Part shown: positions 1 to 9,964 of the stretch, one piece after another
How positions within the stretch are numbered: the first letter of the stretch is position 1
Layout of the letters: each line of letters starts with the position of its first letter
Made by a program: the position numbers and the translations under genes
DNA from: Desulfurococcaceae archaeon
Lineage (GTDB): Archaea; Thermoproteota; Thermoprotei_A; Sulfolobales; Desulfurococcaceae
Direction of reading: 5' to 3'
Assembly (NCBI GenBank): GCA_038888155.1
Contig: JAWAJB010000002.1
Location: forward strand, 160,001 to 224,000
DNA length: 64,000 nucleotides
Notes under the pieces: generated by a model
The model's database searches: none
The model's input: the letters and a program-made list of their open reading frames with translations, nothing else
What the model was told of the DNA's origin: nothing

Positions 1-16
1 GGGGAGATCCCACACG

Positions 17-349
17 GTGCCTTACGTGAGCCCATCTTCTACAGTGCTTATTTTGGGTAAAGTTAACGAAACTCTCTTAGGTAGATTAAAATCATTGCTT
101 AGCTTGCACAAGTCTCGAGGCATGAAAATAGTAATAGCTTCTACAGATACGCCGCGGGAATTAAAGGGTTTAGGGGAGCTCCTCTATGCTGTTCATGCAT
201 CTACAATAGAGGTTTACACTATTGACTCAAATGAAGTGGGCGACCTAGTAAGAAAAGAGGGCGCAAACATTGTAGCCATTTTATCAACAGATCTAGACTC
301 AGTTAAGGGATTACCGGAACAGCTAAGAAGCGTTATTGAGGTGATATAA
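17..349 (+). CDS. hypothetical protein (110 aa) directly upstream of the Grs-like radical SAM gene
   Basis: GTG start after GGGGAG; its stop abuts the next start at 350; no motif recognised. Confidence 0.6.
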   Translation: MPYVSPSSTVLILGKVNETLLGRLKSLLSLHKSRGMKIVIASTDTPRELKGLGELLYAVHASTIEVYTIDSNEVGDLVRKEGANIVAILSTDLDSVKGLPEQLRSVIEVI

Positions 350-1864
350 TTGGTTTTTGACGTTATTATAACAACCGACAGAACAATGATGACAAATCAC
401 CATGGCAAGGAATTCTTAGGCTTCATTTCTACCGGGCCTTCTTTAGGTATGCCCGAGTGGCTTTGGATGTCTATCTGTGCTCCCAAGATAAAAGTCGACG
501 ACTTGGGTAGACCTAAAGAAGCACCATATGGTCTTAGGAAAATCGAGAGCGCTCTTATTGATGCGGGTTTTAATGCATCAATTGTTGACCCAGATCACCT
601 AGATAAGCATTCAAATAGCGCGAAGGTTGTTTTGATTGGGCACCACGATTATTTTGGATATGGTCCTCCAAGCAGCGAATGGTGGAGTCTGACTCAACTT
701 GAGCCCATCAACCGCAGAAGTTTTATTAAATTCATGTCTAGCTATTCAATAAAGAAGATCAAAGAGAGAGGCGCAAAGATCATAGTAGGTGGACCTGCTG
801 CGTGGCAATGGCTGTATGAAATCGAATTAATGGAAATGTGGGGCATAGATACCGTTGTCGACGGCGAGGGAGAAAAAGTTGTGGTTGATCTTGTCAGTAA
901 GGCTTTAGCGGGCGAAAAACTCCCTCGCTACGTCTACGTGGGACCGGAAAATGCACCGAATGTTAAAGAGATACCGGTGATTAAAGGCGCAAGCATAAAT
1001 GGACTAGTTGAGATCATGAGAGGTTGCCCTAGGGGGTGTAAATTCTGCAGTGTTACATTAAGACCGCTCAGATTCATACCCATGGAGCAAATTCTCTTAG
1101 AAATAGAGGTAAACTTAAGAGCTAAGGTGAAGAGCACAATATTGCAAAGCGAAGACGTATTACTCTACTGCGCGGACGGCCTAAAGCCGAGACCTGAGCC
1201 AGTAGTTAAACTTCACAGAGAGATATTGAAGAAGATTGGTGATGAGGGTATAATAACTTGGGCACATTTAAGTTTAGCTGCTTTAAAGTACGCTGAGGAG
1301 AATTATAAGTTAATATCGAAGTTGATGCAGGAATACATACTCAATGAACATAGGAGATTTCTAGGGGTAGAAGTTGGGATCGAGACCGGTAGCCCAGAGC
1401 TAATGGAGAAAATCGCGTACGCAAAATCTCTCCCCTATAAACCTAAGGAGTGGCCAAATGTAGTTGAGGAGGCTTTTAGAATAATGCATGATAACATGAT
1501 TATACCAGCCGCTACAGTTATTCTTGGGCTACCTGGCGAAACAACAGAGGATGTAATAAAAACTATAGAACTTGTCGAGAGACTTAGACCTTACAGAAGT
1601 CTAATTATCCCAATGTTCTTTGTCCCTATGGGCGCTTTGAAGAGGGGTAAAGGATTTTTCAGGGATAACTTAAGACCTGAACACGTAGATGCTCTAATGA
1701 AAATGTATGATCACACAATCCACTGGGTTAATAACATATTAGACCTTTATTTTACTTCGCCCGCCCATATTCCTTTAAGGTTTATTCTCAGGTACTTAGT
1801 TTTATTCGTCAGGAAGAAAGTAAATAGATATCGAGGATTGTTGGAAGAAATGATTAAAAGATAG
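350..1864 (+). CDS. radical SAM protein, probable GDGT cyclopentane ring synthase (Grs family)
   Basis: CPRGCKFC motif; N-terminal TTDRTMMTNHHGKEFLGF and APYGLRKIE segments resemble GrsA-type proteins as I recall them; SD GAGGTGA then TTG. Radical SAM is secure, Grs is inferred. Confidence 0.75.
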   Translation: MVFDVIITTDRTMMTNHHGKEFLGFISTGPSLGMPEWLWMSICAPKIKVDDLGRPKEAPYGLRKIESALIDAGFNASIVDPDHLDKHSNSAKVVLIGHHDYFGYGPPSSEWWSLTQLEPINRRSFIKFMSSYSIKKIKERGAKIIVGGPAAWQWLYEIELMEMWGIDTVVDGEGEKVVVDLVSKALAGEKLPRYVYVGPENAPNVKEIPVIKGASINGLVEIMRGCPRGCKFCSVTLRPLRFIPMEQILLEIEVNLRAKVKSTILQSEDVLLYCADGLKPRPEPVVKLHREILKKIGDEGIITWAHLSLAALKYAEENYKLISKLMQEYILNEHRRFLGVEVGIETGSPELMEKIAYAKSLPYKPKEWPNVVEEAFRIMHDNMIIPAATVILGLPGETTEDVIKTIELVERLRPYRSLIIPMFFVPMGALKRGKGFFRDNLRPEHVDALMKMYDHTIHWVNNILDLYFTSPAHIPLRFILRYLVLFVRKKVNRYRGLLEEMIKR

Positions 1865-1918
1865 TTTAAAATAATAGCTTCATTATGAGATTTATGGGTC
1901 GCTAATTGGTGTATTACG

Positions 1919-3451
1919 GTGGAGACGTTTTACATTACAACGCCAATATATTACCCAAATGCAGAGCCACATATCGGGCACGCATACACAACTGTGTTCG
2001 CTGATGTCATTGCTAGGTTCAAGAGGCTGATGGGCTTAAACGTATTTTTCCTGACCGGGAACGATGAGCATGGATTGAAAATACAGAAAGTTGCAGAGAA
2101 GCTCGGTAAACATCCCAAGGAATTTGTTGATGAAATGGCAACAGTCTATAAGAAATTCTGGGCCAATTTAGATATAGGCTATGATTACTTCATTAGGACA
2201 ACGAATGCACAACACGAGAGTGTCGTAAAGGAGGCCTTTAATTACATATACAAAAAGGGCCTGATATACAAATCCCAATATGCCGGGCTGTACTGCGTTG
2301 AATGCGAAAAATACTATACTTCAGGTGAATATGTAGAGGTCAATGGTAAACCTCATTGCCCGCTCCACAACAAGCCCCTCGAGCACATGGAAGAGGAGAC
2401 ATATTACTTCAAGTTAAGCGAGTTCAAGGATTACGTTCTTGAGGTCTTAAGGGAAAGAAACAGAGTATATCCACGTAGCTATGCAGATGAAGTTATATCT
2501 AAAATAGAAAAAGAGGGCCTAAAGGATCTCTCGGTTGCAAGACCAATAGAGAGGGTTTGGTGGGGAGTCCCAGTTCCATTCGATGATAAATACATTGTAT
2601 ATGTATGGTTTGATGCGCTGTTAAATTACATTAGCGCCATAGGATACTTAGAGAACAAGGCAAGGTTTGAACAATTTTGGAACGAGGCACACCACGTTAT
2701 AGGCAAGGACATATTATGGTTTCATACAGCTGTGTGGTTCTCCATACTCAAAGCACTGGATGTTGAGCCACCCAAAAAAGTAATAGTCCACGCATTTCTA
2801 ACCTCAAAGGGGTCGAAAATGAGCAAGAGTATTGGAAACATCATTTCAATTGAAGATGTGCTGTCAAGGTATGGGGGCTCGGACGCAGTTAGATACGTGA
2901 TAATGAGAGTATTTAACATGGATAAAGACAGCGAAGTAGATTTCAACATTTTGGATAACATATATACAAGCGAACTAGTTGATACTTATGGAAACTTAGT
3001 GAGACGAGTAGGTGTACTTGCACAGAAAAAAGCTGGCGGAAAGGTATATAGAAGAAGCATTGACGCGAAGCTCTTAAACACTTTGAATGCCAAGCTTAAT
3101 TCATACCTGGATGCCATGGAGAATTTCGAAGTGTCGCGGGCAGCGGTAGAGGCTGTAGATGTAGCAAGGTTGGCCAATCAATACCTTAATGAGACAAAGC
3201 CATGGGAGAAAAGCGATCCAAGCAAAGAGCTATATACGGTACTGGAAGCAATCAGGCTCACCACACTGATGCTTTATCCATTCACCCCAAAATCCTCAAT
3301 AACAGTGGCTAAATCGCTCGGATTCATTATTGACAGCCCCATCAAGGCCGGCCTAGAATCCCATGAGAGATATAATATTGCCAGCGCGCCGATATTATAC
3401 GCAAAGCTTGATGCCAGGAGATCCTCGATTAAAGGAGAGGGAAATAGTTGA
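1919..3451 (+). CDS. metG: methionyl-tRNA synthetase, short bacterial-like type with a single Zn knuckle
   Basis: ITTPIYYPN..PHIGH, GNDEHG, CVEC..CPLH, YVWFDAL, KMSKS. Confidence 0.95.
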   Translation: METFYITTPIYYPNAEPHIGHAYTTVFADVIARFKRLMGLNVFFLTGNDEHGLKIQKVAEKLGKHPKEFVDEMATVYKKFWANLDIGYDYFIRTTNAQHESVVKEAFNYIYKKGLIYKSQYAGLYCVECEKYYTSGEYVEVNGKPHCPLHNKPLEHMEEETYYFKLSEFKDYVLEVLRERNRVYPRSYADEVISKIEKEGLKDLSVARPIERVWWGVPVPFDDKYIVYVWFDALLNYISAIGYLENKARFEQFWNEAHHVIGKDILWFHTAVWFSILKALDVEPPKKVIVHAFLTSKGSKMSKSIGNIISIEDVLSRYGGSDAVRYVIMRVFNMDKDSEVDFNILDNIYTSELVDTYGNLVRRVGVLAQKKAGGKVYRRSIDAKLLNTLNAKLNSYLDAMENFEVSRAAVEAVDVARLANQYLNETKPWEKSDPSKELYTVLEAIRLTTLMLYPFTPKSSITVAKSLGFIIDSPIKAGLESHERYNIASAPILYAKLDARRSSIKGEGNS

Positions 3452-4425
3452 GATACTATATAGCTCTTGATATCGGGGCAACAAAAATAGGATTGGCTCT
3501 TTGTAATCGCGAGCGAATACTGGATAAGATAACCCACAGGACTCCTAGAGACGAACAGCCTAATAGTATTAGTGAATTAATAGTAAGGCTAATTAAGGAG
3601 AAATGGAGTAGTTATTTAACTAATGTCGATGCCATCGGAGTTGCCACGATAGGACCTTTAGATATAGCAAAGGGCGCAGTTGTGAATACTCCCAACATTC
3701 CGTCCCGTTCTTTTGAAATTAGGAAGCCTTTAGTCGAGGAGTTCAAAAAACCCACGCATGTAGTAAACGACTGCGTCGCAGCTGTGTGGGGCGAGAGATT
3801 ATATGGAGATGCAAGAGAAGTAGATAACGTAGTGTACTTAACTCTAAGTACAGGGGTAGGAGCAGGAGTGATCATTGATGGGGACTTAATTTTAGGTAAA
3901 GCTGGTAATGCACACGAAGTTGGACATATAGTAGTAAATTTTAACTCAGATCTACCCTGTGGATGTGGAGGGAGGGGCCACTGGGAATCATATGCAGGTG
4001 GAGCAAACCTTCCACGCGTTGCTGCATACATCGCGGAAAAAGAAAGAGTTAAGTCAAAATTGGCGGAAAAAGTTCTATCTAAAGAACATATAGATGCAAA
4101 GACCATATTTGATTACTATAGGGTAGGAGACGCATTAGCGAAGAAAGTCGTTGAGCTATACATTAGCGCAACGGCGGCTGGATTGGCATCTGTTATTAAC
4201 GCATATGATCCAGAGCTTGTATTGCTTGGGGGCGGCGTTTTTCTAAACAACGTTGATGTGCTCTACAAACCCATGGTTTCGCTTATCAAATCAAATGTTG
4301 TAACCAAAATGCCTGCAATTAGGCCAACACGGTTCGGCGACGATGTAGCGCTCTACGGTTCTCTAGCAATAGCCACTAATCCACCATTGAAGCTAATAAA
4401 GATACAAGAGTCTTTTCAAGGTTAA
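3448..4425 (+). CDS. ROK family sugar kinase (glucokinase-like)
   Basis: DIGATK, VVND, GxAHEVGH, CGCGGRGHWE; 4-nt overlap with metG. Confidence 0.9.
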   Translation: MRYYIALDIGATKIGLALCNRERILDKITHRTPRDEQPNSISELIVRLIKEKWSSYLTNVDAIGVATIGPLDIAKGAVVNTPNIPSRSFEIRKPLVEEFKKPTHVVNDCVAAVWGERLYGDAREVDNVVYLTLSTGVGAGVIIDGDLILGKAGNAHEVGHIVVNFNSDLPCGCGGRGHWESYAGGANLPRVAAYIAEKERVKSKLAEKVLSKEHIDAKTIFDYYRVGDALAKKVVELYISATAAGLASVINAYDPELVLLGGGVFLNNVDVLYKPMVSLIKSNVVTKMPAIRPTRFGDDVALYGSLAIATNPPLKLIKIQESFQG

Positions 4426-4428
4426 ATT

Positions 4429-5805
4429 TTACAAAAGAGCAACTGTGAAGGCCTCTACTACAGCAGCCAAAAAAAGGATAACAACACCTGCTACGATGGT
4501 TTTGAGAAACCTGTCCCAATTTCCAAAATGAGAAGAAGCTGACAACAGGAGAGCATATGACAATACTTCGAGTACTGCGTGGGGGTATATCAAAACAGAC
4601 AATGAAGCTAGCGGATTCTTGGTTCCACTGGCTATTACAACGCCAATTATCAAGCCAGCATTATGTGTCCCATAAGTAAGTAACGAGCCCCCAACGTAAG
4701 GAATAATTGCAGGAAGCGAAATAACAAAATTGTTTATAAATAAGTATAGAGCCAATTGAGCTGTACTCATTTGATAAAGATTCTCAAAGTTTTTACTCAA
4801 AATATCTGGCACTGAAATATAGATTTCGTAGCCAACTACACCAGATAGGATCCCCCCAATAATTACTGAATATAGCAGAGTAAATATGAGGATTATCGTA
4901 ATTATGGCGCTTTTACCTTTTCTTAACTGCGCAAAAGTGCTCAAAGCAATTCCCAAAGCCAAAACAATATGTATGGAGGAGAGTAACCCAATGTAGGTAA
5001 GTAGCACGTGCGCGCCTAGCGCAATCAAAATCAAGCCCGAAATTAACCCTTCGCTTATTTCGCGCTGTTGAATGATTACTTCATGAATAGTGTGTTTCGG
5101 TGGACTAGGGTGAGAGCTGTGTATCGTATCTATGTGAAAATTAAATGTCCTCGAGCTTCTATATCCTAAGTAGGCCGTGTAAATCCCAAAAGTGAATAGG
5201 GTTAAAATGATGTCTAACACGATCGAGACTCCTCTATATTCTCTAGTAATTCTAGCCTTGAACAAAGCGCATTCCTCATAGGCCGCATGCTCTCTCAAGG
5301 CTCTCTCAATGATACAGAGAATAAGGGGGTACGCTAAACCGGCAGTTAAGAAGATAATAAAGAAACCAGTTATAGGGGAAGGTAAAGTACTTTGAACCAG
5401 CACGGATCTCAAGTATTGAGTTGCGCCCTCAACGCTTGACCCTCCTGTGAAATAGTGTATCGTTATACTACTGGAATACAAGTGTTCTCTTACCTCCCTC
5501 AGAACAAAAAATATGGAGATCATAGCTGCAATGGTGTATCCCAACAATGAGATAATCCCCCACGCCAACGGCTGAAGGGCAGGCATTAATTGATAGGGCG
5601 CTAATACGTCTTCGGCAATACTCCCTGCCCTCAATAATTGAGCATAGCCATAAGCTAGCAGGATTGAAGATAGAGTAGCAAAAATTGACGGTAGAACCAA
5701 ATACCAAGAACTAATTTTGTGAAAAGAGAAGCTTTCAACTATTTCTTGAAGTGTATTTTTCGTGGAATCTTTGCTCTGAGACTCCAAGGCTAACTCCACG
5801 AGCAT
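4429..5805 (-). CDS. polytopic membrane protein with a C-terminal SpoIIM-like domain
   Basis: many hydrophobic segments; LFINN, PHAVLE and AAVVEA motifs typical of SpoIIM/DUF95. Confidence 0.7.
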   Translation of the reverse strand: MLVELALESQSKDSTKNTLQEIVESFSFHKISSWYLVLPSIFATLSSILLAYGYAQLLRAGSIAEDVLAPYQLMPALQPLAWGIISLLGYTIAAMISIFFVLREVREHLYSSSITIHYFTGGSSVEGATQYLRSVLVQSTLPSPITGFFIIFLTAGLAYPLILCIIERALREHAAYEECALFKARITREYRGVSIVLDIILTLFTFGIYTAYLGYRSSRTFNFHIDTIHSSHPSPPKHTIHEVIIQQREISEGLISGLILIALGAHVLLTYIGLLSSIHIVLALGIALSTFAQLRKGKSAIITIILIFTLLYSVIIGGILSGVVGYEIYISVPDILSKNFENLYQMSTAQLALYLFINNFVISLPAIIPYVGGSLLTYGTHNAGLIIGVVIASGTKNPLASLSVLIYPHAVLEVLSYALLLSASSHFGNWDRFLKTIVAGVVILFLAAVVEAFTVALL

Positions 5806-5846
5806 TATTTTAACTCATATCACTAATATATTATTACGGGATTTTT

Positions 5847-6833
5847 ATGACTAAAGCCCTTGTACTTCATGGCGGAGCAGGCGCGTGGGGAGCTAGACCC
5901 GGCGTCAAAGAGGCTATAGATGATGTAAAGGAATGCACAGAGCGTGGATGGGCAATTTTAGTGAAGACAAATAGTGCAATGGAGGCTGTGATAGAGTCTG
6001 TTAAATGTATGGAGGACTCAGGTTTCTTAAATGCTGGCTATGGCTCGGTTCCAAATTTGCTAGGAGAAAGGGAATTAGATGCTGGGTTAATGACCTCTAC
6101 TGGAATAATGGGAGCTGTAGCAGCAGTTAAACAAACTAGGAACCCCATTCTATTGGCAAGAATAATAGCAGAGAATACACCTCACGTTTTGTTAGCCGGC
6201 GAAAATGCGGATAAACTTGCTATAATCTTCGGTTTGCCTCCATTGCCCCCACCGCCGCCTTTAGCCATAGAGAGATACAGGGACACACTTAAGAAGGTTA
6301 TGGTTGAGGAACCTCGTGACAATTATTATAAGGTTCTCAGGGACTTTGTAGAACGGAACTCAGTATACTCAGAACTAATTAAAAGAATAATAGATATTTA
6401 CGATACGGTCGGTGCAGTTGCCATAGACGATAGAGGAATACTGGCTGCTGCCACCAGTACAGGCGGCGTTTCACTCAAGTTGCCTGGAAGAGTGGGCGAC
6501 ACCCCTATACCTGGGGCCGGTTTCTATGCTACAACGAGAATCGCATGTAGCGCCACAGGCTACGGCGAATTTATTATAAGGTCAATGCCATGCTTGAGAC
6601 TAGACCTCGAATATGAGGCCACGGGCAATATTGAGACCTCGCTTCGTAAAGTAACAGAGTTCGTTGAGAAAAGCGTTGGTCCCAACACTTTGGGCTTTAT
6701 AGGCGTCGATACTCGTGGAAGAATTTTCTATGCGTATAACACAGAGGCCATGTTAATTGGCTACGTTAAAGAAGGTAAAGTAATTGTTGATCTAAAGCCA
6801 GAGCCAAAGGTAAACGTCATTGTAATAGAGTAG
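5847..6833 (+). CDS. isoaspartyl peptidase/L-asparaginase (Ntn hydrolase)
   Basis: HGGAG, NAGYGS, ELDAG, D-TVGAVA autoproteolysis site, TSTGG, GRVGDTP. Confidence 0.92.
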   Translation: MTKALVLHGGAGAWGARPGVKEAIDDVKECTERGWAILVKTNSAMEAVIESVKCMEDSGFLNAGYGSVPNLLGERELDAGLMTSTGIMGAVAAVKQTRNPILLARIIAENTPHVLLAGENADKLAIIFGLPPLPPPPPLAIERYRDTLKKVMVEEPRDNYYKVLRDFVERNSVYSELIKRIIDIYDTVGAVAIDDRGILAAATSTGGVSLKLPGRVGDTPIPGAGFYATTRIACSATGYGEFIIRSMPCLRLDLEYEATGNIETSLRKVTEFVEKSVGPNTLGFIGVDTRGRIFYAYNTEAMLIGYVKEGKVIVDLKPEPKVNVIVIE

Positions 6834-6840
6834 ATCAATT

Positions 6841-7425
6841 ATGGATTATAACAACTGTGTATTAGCAATAGACATAGATGGAACATTGGTTCCTATAGTG
6901 GTTAACTTTGACGATCTTCGTGCCAAGATTAGGAAGTTGTTGGGGATAGACCATACGCTAAGACCACTTGCCGAGAGTTTAAACAACTTACAATTGGATA
7001 GAGAATTAAAAGCAAAGGCGTGGAGTTTAGTGGATCAAGCCGAGCTAGAGTCCATTGATAATATTAAACTTGAGGATGTAAGAGAAAACTTAAGTGCTAT
7101 CAACCAGCTAATAACCAACAGCTCAGTTGAAGTTGTGTTTGTAACCATGCGAAGCAACAAGAGTGCGTATCCACTTCTATTAAAACTAGGACTTCTACAA
7201 CTTGCTGAAAAAGTCATAACGAGAGATGATTATAATACAAGGCGAGAACAACTAGAAGGCATAAAAAACCAATCTAGAAATAAGAAAATAGTCTTTATAG
7301 GAGATACTTCACATGATGAGAAAACAGCGAGCGAAATTTCGCTTCCATTTGTTAAGGTGAGTAGTTACAAAGAGCTCCCGTTAGCGTTGGCTAGAGCATT
7401 AAACTTGTGCTCTATCTGGCTTTAA
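6841..7425 (+). CDS. HAD superfamily hydrolase
   Basis: DIDGT motif I and FIGDTSHD motif IV. Confidence 0.8.
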   Translation: MDYNNCVLAIDIDGTLVPIVVNFDDLRAKIRKLLGIDHTLRPLAESLNNLQLDRELKAKAWSLVDQAELESIDNIKLEDVRENLSAINQLITNSSVEVVFVTMRSNKSAYPLLLKLGLLQLAEKVITRDDYNTRREQLEGIKNQSRNKKIVFIGDTSHDEKTASEISLPFVKVSSYKELPLALARALNLCSIWL

Positions 7426-7516
7426 TGGTATTTTATTATTTATTTTAATTTTTTAAAATAATTCATTAGAATTGAATTACACAAAAATAGGTGAACCGAG
7501 TTAAAGAATATAAAAA

Positions 7517-8932
7517 TTAATGATCGGTCTTTATGTTTCTGTTTCTCTTCTTGGTTGCAACAATGAACTTTGATTTGTTCCACAGTTCCTCAATGTTCCT
7601 GGACCCGGCATAGCCGAGTCCTGCCTTAATTGCTTCGACCATTTCTCCAACTAACCCATATACACTGCCCCTGTATGGCACAAGACCCTCAACTCCCTCT
7701 GGAACCTTCTTATTAACTCTTGAATACCTATCAACAGCGAAACGCCTTTCCATAGCGCCCCGGCTAGCCATCCCTCTATACGGTTTATACGCGTTTTCTC
7801 CAATATTTATGAACGGAACGGGGGCTTCATCTGTTCCAGCTAGCATATAGCCGAGCATAACGCTACTCGCTCCAACAGAGAGGGCCTTCACTATATCTCC
7901 CGTCCCTCTAATTCCTCCGTCTGCTATTACAGGGATTCTGGCGTTGTTTTTCTTCAACGCGTCCTTTACAGATGCCACAGCCCAAAGGGTAGGGGAGTAA
8001 GCTCCAGTTATCTCGGGAGTAGTACATATCGATCCTCCCCCTATTCCTACTCTAAAGCCATCCACCCTCTCTACAATAGATAGCGAGTCTTCAACGGCTT
8101 GTTCAGAACCAATATTTCCTGCGACAAAATCGATCGAGGTTTCAGATACTACTTTCTTAGCATTTTTTAAAACTTCAACGTTGTGGAAGTGGGCAACATC
8201 TGAAACTATAGCATCAACGTACTTATCTAGAACTTTAGCGCGCTCTACATCAAAAGGTGAAATAGCGGCTGCTACAATTAATCTTCCCATGTTATCTAGG
8301 ACAGGCATGTACTCTTCTATAACGTCACTGTATACTAGTGTGCCTAGGTATTCACCACTTCGCGACACTATAGCAAGACTGTCATACTTACCTTTAATTA
8401 TGTTTTGAGAGGCCTCTCCTATCTCGGAGACCCTAAACGACTTACCCGGTGCGACGTAGTTCTTTATCGGTGTAGTAAAGTTACGGCATTCACTTAAGTT
8501 CTCTATATGTATGTACCCAACGGGAAATCCTTTATCAATTACAGGCAAATTCCTCAGTGCCATCTTCCTTAAAATTTCCACGGCCCTAATACAAGGCTCA
8601 TCGATATCTGCGTACAGCCATCTGAGTTTAATTGGAGGGTATTCCTTTACTTTTTTTGCAATCTCGAGTTGTCTCTCGCGCTCCATGTTTCTGTGAATAA
8701 CTCCTATACCACCCAAAAGCGCCATCGCAACAGCCATATCAAGCTCTGTAATAGTATCCATTGGCGAGGAAACTAGGGGAATCTTTAGAGGTATGCTAGT
8801 TGTAAACATTGTTGTTAAATCTACTTGGCTCGGCTCAATTGGAGATAGTGATGGCAAGATGTATATATCGTCAAACGATGGAACTTTAATAGCTTCTTCA
8901 ATTTTCTCTTTAAACAAGGTCAATTCACCCAA
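7517..8932 (-). CDS. guaB: IMP dehydrogenase (likely start TTG 8917)
   Basis: SSPMDT, GGIGVIHRN, GGGSICTT catalytic Cys, IADGGI, YRGMAS, VPEGVEG. Confidence 0.95.
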   Translation of the reverse strand: MGELTLFKEKIEEAIKVPSFDDIYILPSLSPIEPSQVDLTTMFTTSIPLKIPLVSSPMDTITELDMAVAMALLGGIGVIHRNMERERQLEIAKKVKEYPPIKLRWLYADIDEPCIRAVEILRKMALRNLPVIDKGFPVGYIHIENLSECRNFTTPIKNYVAPGKSFRVSEIGEASQNIIKGKYDSLAIVSRSGEYLGTLVYSDVIEEYMPVLDNMGRLIVAAAISPFDVERAKVLDKYVDAIVSDVAHFHNVEVLKNAKKVVSETSIDFVAGNIGSEQAVEDSLSIVERVDGFRVGIGGGSICTTPEITGAYSPTLWAVASVKDALKKNNARIPVIADGGIRGTGDIVKALSVGASSVMLGYMLAGTDEAPVPFINIGENAYKPYRGMASRGAMERRFAVDRYSRVNKKVPEGVEGLVPYRGSVYGLVGEMVEAIKAGLGYAGSRNIEELWNKSKFIVATKKRNRNIKTDH

Positions 8933-9169
8933 TGATCTCCTAGGTGAAATGTATTGTAATATAAAAATTCAAAGTCCCTTTTATTGTTGTATTCTTTAAA
9001 GCCTACGACACACTCGACAAATTACCAGCTAGAAGACTGCATCGTTTTAGGGGATTTTTGCCCCATTTATACAAGAACATAGTTTGTTGAAGTTAACAAC
9101 CAGATCATGCTTTTAAACTTTTTATCAATCTTTCTAAATCAATAAACAAAAATTTTCCTGTACTCCCTT

Positions 9170-9964
9170 TCACAATGCGGGGTTGGGCTCCTCTGTGTAA
9201 TAATCCTCGCCACCAGCGATTACTCGCTGGATAGCAGCGTATAGATCATCAAAGCCTTCGCTGGTTTTATTAGACACGGGGATTGTAGTGAACACAGACA
9301 ATTTTTCTAGTATATTAAACACCTCGTCAATGTCCCACATTAGCCCTGAATCTTTTTCACTGGTAATGCTCGTTGCCAGCTGTGCTGGATCCTCTAGCAT
9401 TTCAAGGATCTCATCTAGTTTGCTTGGTTGCAGTAAATCAATTTTTGAGATCACGTTCAATAAGGGCATTTTTAACCTAATGTGCGTAGATGCTGCCAGC
9501 AGTAATGCAGAGAATAGGTTAGAATAACTGGTCATATACGTTGAATCAATAAGAAACAAGGAAACCGATTTGGCATCGCTAATTATGGCCTTCAGCACTA
9601 TAGGACCCGTTTGCCTAAAAGCAAAAAGCTCCATTTGACCGGGAGTATCTACTACTACATAGTTGGCTTTATAGCTCCAGACCTCTTCTTTAACCTCTTC
9701 GATATTTGTGAGGAGAAGGTCTATCGAGGCTATTAAAGCTCCATTCGGTCCCAAACCCGTCTTTCTGACAACTTCTCTAATGTCTACGTAATCCCTTACA
9801 TCGACATCTGGCTCATAGGGTAGCTCTTCAACTGCTGGATCAAGATTAACTAGTATAGCATCGAGTTGATGGCTCATTAAGTAAGTATGGAGCATGCTTG
9901 AAAGGGAAGTTTTCCCGCTTCCAGCGGTGCCTAAAACTACAATAAAGTAGGGCATTTTATTCAC
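9170..9964 (-). CDS. GPN-loop GTPase
   Basis: GTAGSGKT, NLDPA, LGPNG, DTPGQMELF. Confidence 0.93.
   Translation of the reverse strand: MNKMPYFIVVLGTAGSGKTSLSSMLHTYLMSHQLDAILVNLDPAVEELPYEPDVDVRDYVDIREVVRKTGLGPNGALIASIDLLLTNIEEVKEEVWSYKANYVVVDTPGQMELFAFRQTGPIVLKAIISDAKSVSLFLIDSTYMTSYSNLFSALLLAASTHIRLKMPLLNVISKIDLLQPSKLDEILEMLEDPAQLATSITSEKDSGLMWDIDEVFNILEKLSVFTTIPVSNKTSEGFDDLYAAIQRVIAGGEDYYTEEPNPAL

Noticed and set aside
6232-6262. Poly-proline run LPPLPPPPPL in the asparaginase
   Set aside because: Mixed codons in a variable linker; no sign of a slippage tract
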